Sequence record: SRR31156797_5435
Reading direction: 5' to 3' (one strand)
DNA: 42,834 nucleotides
Each line of letters begins with the position of its first letter. The stretch's first letter is position 1. Made by a program: the position numbers and the translations under genes. Of this stretch, positions 37,475-42,834 are shown piece after piece. The notes beneath the pieces were generated by a model. The model saw only the letters and a program-made list of their open reading frames with translations. It had not been told where the DNA came from and did not search any database.

Positions 37475-38704
37475 ATGGGTATTATCAAAGCGGCAACAAG
37501 CGCAATTGGCGGCGGATTAGCAGATCAATGGCTAGAGGTGATCGAGCCTGACAATATGAGCGATTCGACAGTAATGACAAAAGGTGTCAAAGTGCGGCGT
37601 AATGACAAACGCGGTTCTAACAGAAAAGGCACGGAAGATGTCATCACTGATGGGTCAGTGATCCATGTCTATCCGAATATGATGATGTTATTGGTTGATG
37701 GCGGGCGAATCATCGATTATACCGCTGAAGAAGGCTACTATACCGTCAAAAATGAATTAGCGCCTTCGATGTTGAATGGTTCATTGAAAGATGCGATTTC
37801 TGAAACCTTCGACCGCTTTAAGTTTGGCGGCGTTACACCACAAAAACAACAAGTTTTTTATATCAATCTTCAAGAAATCAAAGGAATTCGCTTCGGTACT
37901 TCATCGCCTTTGAACTATTTTGACAACTTTTATAACGCAGAACTATTCTTACGGGCGCACGGAAACTATTCCTTACGAATTACCGATCCAATTTTATTCT
38001 ATACGAATGCGATCCCAAAAAACAAAAGTCAAGTCGATATCAACGACATCAATGAGCAGTACTTAGCTGAATTTTTGACCGCCCTACAAACAGCGATCAA
38101 CAAAATGTCCGCTGATGGCGAACGAATTTCTTACGTTCCATCTAAGAGCATGGAATTAAGCAAATATATGGGAACAGTTCTTGATGACAGCTGGCGAGAA
38201 CTCCGCGGCATGGAAATCGTTTCTGTTGCCGTAGCGAGCATCTCTTATACGGATGATTCCGTAAAACTGATCAACATGCGGAACCAAGGGGCAATGTTAG
38301 GCGACCCTTCGATTCGTGAAGGCTATGTTCAAGGTTCGGTTGCTCGTGGTATGGAATCTGCCGGTAGCAATGCCGCTGGGGCTACGACTGGGTTTGTTGG
38401 CATGGGCATGGGGATGAACGCTGGCGGCGGTTATTTGAACCAAGCGTCTCAAAACAACCAGCAGCAGATGCAGCAGCAACAGGCTTCCGCACAAAACAGC
38501 GCAGATCATTGGGACTGTCCACAATGCGGCACCTCTAATACTGGTAAATTCTGCAGCAATTGCGGGACGCCAAAACCAACGAGCGATGGACCAAGCCTGA
38601 AAATGAAATGCAGCGATTGTGGTGAAGTGATCGATTTAGCCAACGGCATTCCAAAATTCTGTCCGAATTGCGGCAAACCTTTCAAAGGTGTCCCAGTAGA
38701 CTAA
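37475..38704 (+). CDS. SPFH/Band7-like (YdjI-like) protein with C-terminal double zinc ribbons
   Basis: VITDGSVIHV, FYINLQEIKGIRFGT, Gly/Met- and Gln-rich linker, four CxxC pairs (CPQC, CSNC, CSDC, CPNC). Confidence 0.8.
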   Translation: MGIIKAATSAIGGGLADQWLEVIEPDNMSDSTVMTKGVKVRRNDKRGSNRKGTEDVITDGSVIHVYPNMMMLLVDGGRIIDYTAEEGYYTVKNELAPSMLNGSLKDAISETFDRFKFGGVTPQKQQVFYINLQEIKGIRFGTSSPLNYFDNFYNAELFLRAHGNYSLRITDPILFYTNAIPKNKSQVDINDINEQYLAEFLTALQTAINKMSADGERISYVPSKSMELSKYMGTVLDDSWRELRGMEIVSVAVASISYTDDSVKLINMRNQGAMLGDPSIREGYVQGSVARGMESAGSNAAGATTGFVGMGMGMNAGGGYLNQASQNNQQQMQQQQASAQNSADHWDCPQCGTSNTGKFCSNCGTPKPTSDGPSLKMKCSDCGEVIDLANGIPKFCPNCGKPFKGVPVD

Positions 38705-38720
38705 TTGAGGAGGATTGCTG

Positions 38721-39842
38721 ATGGATGTTATCACACATAAGTGCCCCAATTGTGGTGGCGCTTTAACCTTTGATCCTGGCGATCAAAAATTTCATTGTCC
38801 ATTTTGTCTGAGTATTTTTACTGAAGACGAAGTCACTGCCTTTGAAGAAAAGCAAAAAGAAGCGCAGATGGCCGATACTCCTGTCTCAGATCCTTCTGCA
38901 GCGACCGAGACCGAACCGTCCCTTCAAGAAGAAGTTAGAGAGCAAGCCGATGCACAAGCGGGGCAGATGGACCTTTTCACCTGCCCCAGCTGCGGTGCTG
39001 AAATCGTGACGGATGCGACTACAGCCGCAACCTATTGCTACTTTTGCCATAATCCGGTCGTTTTGTCGGGACGGCTTTCAGGAGAATTTTTACCTAACAA
39101 AGTCCTCCCTTTTGCCATCGAAAAGGAAGAAGCAACTACGAAATTCTTAGAATGGGCGCAAAAGAAAAAATTTGTGCCACGGGATTTCTTCGATCAAGCA
39201 CAAGTAGAGAAATTGACTGGTGTGTACTTCCCTTATTGGGTCGTCGATGCTGAGATGAATGGCTTGCTTTCAGGTATGGGTACCTCTTTGCGTATTTGGC
39301 GCGTTGGTGATATTGAATATACTGAGCACAAACAATACGATGTCTTGCGACGAGGAAAAATCAAGGTGAATGAATTGCTCAAGCATGCGCTGTCAAAAAA
39401 CGTTCAGCAAAAAATGGTGACTGGCGTTCAGCCGTTTCCCCTTGAAAAAGCTGTTAATTTTCGCAGTCAGTATTTAGCCGGCTTCCAAGCAGAAAAAAGA
39501 GACATTGAATACATTGATCTTTCTGACGAAGTCAAAAACGAATTATCGGGTTATGCTGAAAATCTGCTAGCAGGTACCGTCAATGGCTATACTAGTTTTA
39601 AACGCAACAATCGTTCCATCAATCTAACAAAAGAAGAAAACAACTACGTTTTGCTTCCTGTATGGCTAGTGACCTATCGAGCCGATGATGAAAACAAGAG
39701 TGCCTTTTATTATGCGATGAATGGGCAAACCGGAAAAGTCAGCGGTGTTTTACCGATTAGTTACAAGCGCTTGGGAATCGTCAGTGGCGCAATTTTCGCG
39801 GCAACGACCATCCTCGCATTGATTGGAGCGTATTTCTTATGA
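38721..39842 (+). CDS. Zinc-ribbon membrane protein (YdjG-like)
   Basis: CPNC...CPFC, CPSC...CYFC, YFPYW, LLPVW, MNGQTGKVSG.LP, C-terminal TM. ATG 38721 with SD GAGGAGG. Confidence 0.8.
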   Translation: MDVITHKCPNCGGALTFDPGDQKFHCPFCLSIFTEDEVTAFEEKQKEAQMADTPVSDPSAATETEPSLQEEVREQADAQAGQMDLFTCPSCGAEIVTDATTAATYCYFCHNPVVLSGRLSGEFLPNKVLPFAIEKEEATTKFLEWAQKKKFVPRDFFDQAQVEKLTGVYFPYWVVDAEMNGLLSGMGTSLRIWRVGDIEYTEHKQYDVLRRGKIKVNELLKHALSKNVQQKMVTGVQPFPLEKAVNFRSQYLAGFQAEKRDIEYIDLSDEVKNELSGYAENLLAGTVNGYTSFKRNNRSINLTKEENNYVLLPVWLVTYRADDENKSAFYYAMNGQTGKVSGVLPISYKRLGIVSGAIFAATTILALIGAYFL

Positions 39843-40660
39843 AAAAACTATCTTATTTGTTGTTACTGCTGGTTGGCTTTTTCTTAACCGCCCTGCCCGC
39901 CTTCGCAGCCGAAGAGACAGTCGCAGACCACGCTGGACTCTTTACCGAACAAGAGATCCAGAAGTTGAACGAAGAAGCAGAAGCGCTGAATGCAAAGATC
40001 AAAGGCGAAGTTTTTATTCAAACAACAAACAGCAATACGGGAGATATCGAGTTGTACACTGATCGATATCTTTCAAGACGGATCGGCAACGACAACAACG
40101 GTTCGGCATTGGTGATCGATATGGCGCAACGGAAATTTCACGTTTCGACTTCCGGAAATATGATCGATTATCTTACCGATTCACGTCTAGATAAGCTACT
40201 TGATGCGGTATTTGACCAGATGGCAGAGGGAAATTATTATCAAGCTGCATTGGTCTATCTGCAAAAAGCAGAGGGTTTTGTGGAAGCAGGTGTTCCTGCC
40301 GATCATTATCGTATCGATCGTGATACCGGAAAAATTACTTATTACAAAGTGATAACACCACTAGAAATTGCTATTTGCTTAGCGATCGCGGCAGTGATCA
40401 GTATCGCTTTTTTCATCATTGTTAAATCCCGTTACCAATTAAAAATGGGCGGCTACAAATTTAACTATCTAGAAAAATCAAGTATTGATCTGACCCAAAA
40501 AGAAGATCGCTTAGTCAATTCCTTTGTCACAACCAGACGCATCCCCCGTCCTTCGAATAATGGTGGAGGCGGTGGTGGCGGTTTTTCTGGCGGCGGCGGT
40601 GGCAGTACGACCCACTCTTCTGGTGGCGGAACATTCGGCGGCGGCGGACGCAGCTTTTGA
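39839..40660 (+). CDS. TPM-domain membrane protein with Gly-rich tail (YdjH-like)
   Basis: Signal peptide, VADHAGLFT TPM start, TM, tail GGGGSTTHSSGGGTFGGGGRSF; ATGA overlap with the upstream gene. Confidence 0.85.
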   Translation: MKKLSYLLLLLVGFFLTALPAFAAEETVADHAGLFTEQEIQKLNEEAEALNAKIKGEVFIQTTNSNTGDIELYTDRYLSRRIGNDNNGSALVIDMAQRKFHVSTSGNMIDYLTDSRLDKLLDAVFDQMAEGNYYQAALVYLQKAEGFVEAGVPADHYRIDRDTGKITYYKVITPLEIAICLAIAAVISIAFFIIVKSRYQLKMGGYKFNYLEKSSIDLTQKEDRLVNSFVTTRRIPRPSNNGGGGGGGFSGGGGGSTTHSSGGGTFGGGGRSF

Positions 40661-40666
40661 TTTTTC

Positions 40667-40697
40667 AAGAGTTCCTTTAATCAGGAACTCTTTTTTT
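40667..40697 (+). terminator. Intrinsic terminator
   Basis: AAGAGTTCCT/AGGAACTCTT stem followed by a T-run. Confidence 0.85.
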
Positions 40698-40698
40698 G

Positions 40699-40745
40699 TT
40701 GACAATTTCCATAAAAACATCTACTATTTAGGAAAATATAGGAAA
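40699..40745 (+). promoter_or_regulatory. Sigma-A promoter with phased TAGGAAA direct repeats
   Basis: TTGACA (40699-40704), 17 bp, TACTAT (40722-40727); TAGGAAA at 40729-40735 and 40739-40745; inverted TTTCC at 40706-40710. Confidence 0.7.
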
Positions 40746-40757
40746 TGAGTTGATTTT

Positions 40758-42308
40758 ATGTTTGAAATTATTAGAAACAATAAACTTTTTATCAGTTTGA
40801 GTAGTTTGCTAGTTTTTTTGACTGTCCTGACAAACCTCGCTTTCCCTTTGCTTCTACAAGAAGATCACGCACTGCGCTTTGATCATCTCGTCGGCTTATT
40901 AGCGTTCATATTAAGTATCACTTATTGCGCGCAATTCTTATTGATTGTGATGAAAGAGCGCTATGCAGCTTCGATGAATGTTCGCCATCTCTTAGAATTG
41001 TTAAAAAAAATGAAAAGGAAGAGTTATGTAGAACTCTCTGAAAAGGAGCCCACTTATCTATTAAACCGCATCTTTGGCGTTGTTGATTCCTTATACTTGT
41101 TTATTTGCGGTAGTTTTAGCGAAGCCATTCGCTGCTTTTTCTTATTGCTGATCCCACTTTTTTTGTGTTTCCAATTGCATTATTTACTGGGTTTCATTTT
41201 ACTATCGCTATTTCCCATCAATGTTTTTGGGTTTCGATGGATCAATCAACAGTTGAGTATTAAGATGAAAAATATGCAAGAAGCATTTTCTCTTAGCAAT
41301 AAGGAAATGTTAACAACATTGTCCCATATTGATACAATGAAGCAATGGAGTGACGCTGTTCTTGAGCAGCTGTTTTCCTCTCAATTGACATCGATGTATC
41401 AAACATTAGCAAACACCAATACTTTTGCCCAAACGACTAGTTTAGTCCTTAATGCGATCAATCAGATCGCCCAGATCGGCGTCTATTTGTTTATGATTCA
41501 AGGAATATTACAAGATGAACTGCCAACCTCTGCGTTGATTTTGATTGGCGTGCTATTACCCATTTACTTTTCTGCATTAAGTGGTTTAACGAAAATCAAT
41601 CTTGATACAGCTACTCTGAGGACCAATCAACGTTTTGTTAACGAAGAATTGGCTGCTCCCGATGACCGCTGGAACCAAACGTGTGAAGCTACTCTGAGTC
41701 TTACTTTCGACCACCCTGTCGTATCCATTGGCAACCACAGCTTTTCCTTTCCCATTGAAGAAACCTTGAAACCTGGTGAACATATTTACTTGGCTGGCGC
41801 TTCAGGAAAAGGAAAATCAACGTTTTTAAAGGCAATTGCTGGCCTTTATCCATCAGAAGGAATTTCGCTTTCAACGAAGAGTAAACGCATCAAGCCAAGA
41901 AACCCTGAAACAGATAAAACCCTCTACCTTGCTCAAGACCCTACGATTCTCTCTCGGACAATTGAAGAAAATCTTGTATGGGGAAGAAAAATGACGAGAG
42001 AAGAAAAAATAATTATCGAAACCTCTGGTATTTTAGCGCCCATTTTTCAACAGCGCTCATGGACTAGCAGGCTTACGGAAAATGGTGCCGACTTGTCTGG
42101 AGGAGAAAAGCAAAGAATCGCTCTAGCTCGCATATTATTAAGTGATGCCGAAATCATTCTTTTAGACGAAGCTACCAGCAGCCTTGATGATGAAGCTGCC
42201 GAAAAGATTATGAAGTATTTAAAAAAACATGCAGAAAAACGCATTATCATCTATACTAGTCATAAGAAAGAGGAGCAACGCTTTTGTGATCGTACAATCG
42301 CTTTGTAG
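40758..42308 (+). CDS. ABC exporter, fused TMD + NBD
   Basis: About 6 N-terminal TMs; GASGKGKST, LSGGEKQRIALAR, ILLDEATSSLD, SH. Confidence 0.88.
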   Translation: MFEIIRNNKLFISLSSLLVFLTVLTNLAFPLLLQEDHALRFDHLVGLLAFILSITYCAQFLLIVMKERYAASMNVRHLLELLKKMKRKSYVELSEKEPTYLLNRIFGVVDSLYLFICGSFSEAIRCFFLLLIPLFLCFQLHYLLGFILLSLFPINVFGFRWINQQLSIKMKNMQEAFSLSNKEMLTTLSHIDTMKQWSDAVLEQLFSSQLTSMYQTLANTNTFAQTTSLVLNAINQIAQIGVYLFMIQGILQDELPTSALILIGVLLPIYFSALSGLTKINLDTATLRTNQRFVNEELAAPDDRWNQTCEATLSLTFDHPVVSIGNHSFSFPIEETLKPGEHIYLAGASGKGKSTFLKAIAGLYPSEGISLSTKSKRIKPRNPETDKTLYLAQDPTILSRTIEENLVWGRKMTREEKIIIETSGILAPIFQQRSWTSRLTENGADLSGGEKQRIALARILLSDAEIILLDEATSSLDDEAAEKIMKYLKKHAEKRIIIYTSHKKEEQRFCDRTIAL

Positions 42309-42317
42309 GAGGAACCG

Positions 42318-42755
42318 ATGAAAGATTATTATACCGTTGAAGAAGTCGCTGAAAAACTGGGCGTAACGACTCGAACCATCCGAAATTATCAAAAGACCAA
42401 CCAACTTAAAGGGACAAAAATTGGCGGGCAGTGGCGCTTTTCTTACAAAGATGTGGCTTCGTTGATGGGCGAACCATTTGAAGATCCCCTGCTTTCTTTT
42501 GCTTCAATACGTTCAGAAAAACAGATACCCGAAAGCTTACTTGCCATTGATTTCTTTATTGAATCAGAGGAATTGCTACAACAGCAAAAAAAAATCGTTA
42601 TTGATGAGTTCAATGCACTTTACTCAGGGGAAAGTCGGCGTTTTTACTTTGAAAAAATCAACCCAACGATGGCACGATTTACATTGGTCGGACCGTTGAA
42701 ATATGTAACAACCTTTGGACAGTGGATCGAAACAATACTTTCTCTCCCAAAGTAA
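42318..42755 (+). CDS. HTH_17 (excisionase/MerR-like, BldC-like) DNA-binding protein with a C-terminal domain
   Basis: YYTVEEVAEKLGVTTRTIRNY...LKGTKIGGQWRF; SD AGGAGG; 9 bp after the ABC gene stop. Confidence 0.85.
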   Translation: MKDYYTVEEVAEKLGVTTRTIRNYQKTNQLKGTKIGGQWRFSYKDVASLMGEPFEDPLLSFASIRSEKQIPESLLAIDFFIESEELLQQQKKIVIDEFNALYSGESRRFYFEKINPTMARFTLVGPLKYVTTFGQWIETILSLPK

Positions 42756-42834
42756 TCATCTGAGCGCCTGCTTTGAATTTAAAAGAAGAGACCCAATTAG
42801 GAGAATTGCTGGGCTCCCCGTCAAGTGGACAATG

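Noticed and set aside
40560-40650. GGC/GGT-rich repeat
   Set aside because: Explained by the normal Gly-rich tail of TPM-domain proteins.
42318-42755. Excisionase marking a prophage or ICE boundary
   Set aside because: No integrase, att-like repeat or phage gene in view; the extra C-terminal domain and coupling to an ABC gene fit a regulator.
42781-42834. Weak hairpin and possible 3' end of a convergent gene at the window edge
   Set aside because: Too little sequence to support a call.

Overview
Low-GC Gram-positive chromosomal window. Gene content and order suggest Enterococcus, probably the casseliflavus/gallinarum group (inference, not a database match). Most of it is housekeeping: recQ, Zur-boxed adcA, a TPP riboswitch with the ykoFEDC thiamine ECF operon, T-box-controlled proS, lplA, an M42 peptidase, a BceAB-like ABC pair, nrdDG with NrdR boxes, LexA-boxed dinB-alkD, GlnR-boxed amtB-glnK, the dnaX-ybaB-recR-tmk-darA-holB-ricT-yabA-rsmI block and a ydjIGH-like operon. 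I found no rRNA, tRNA, CRISPR array, prophage or intact transposase. The most unusual signals are: (1) a divergent pair of intact but apparently catalytically dead enzymes, a SipW-type signal peptidase lacking its Ser/His dyad and a multi-TM GHKL sensor lacking its H/N/G boxes; (2) two 26-bp hix-like palindromic sites in inverted orientation upstream of a cell-surface operon; (3) a 52-bp empty IS3-like element with a 3-bp target duplication inside the nrdG/alkD terminator loop; (4) an archaeal/eukaryotic-type ProRS that has lost all four Zn ligands; (5) an ABC exporter plus HTH_17/BldC-like regulator with 10-bp-phased direct repeats at its promoter.
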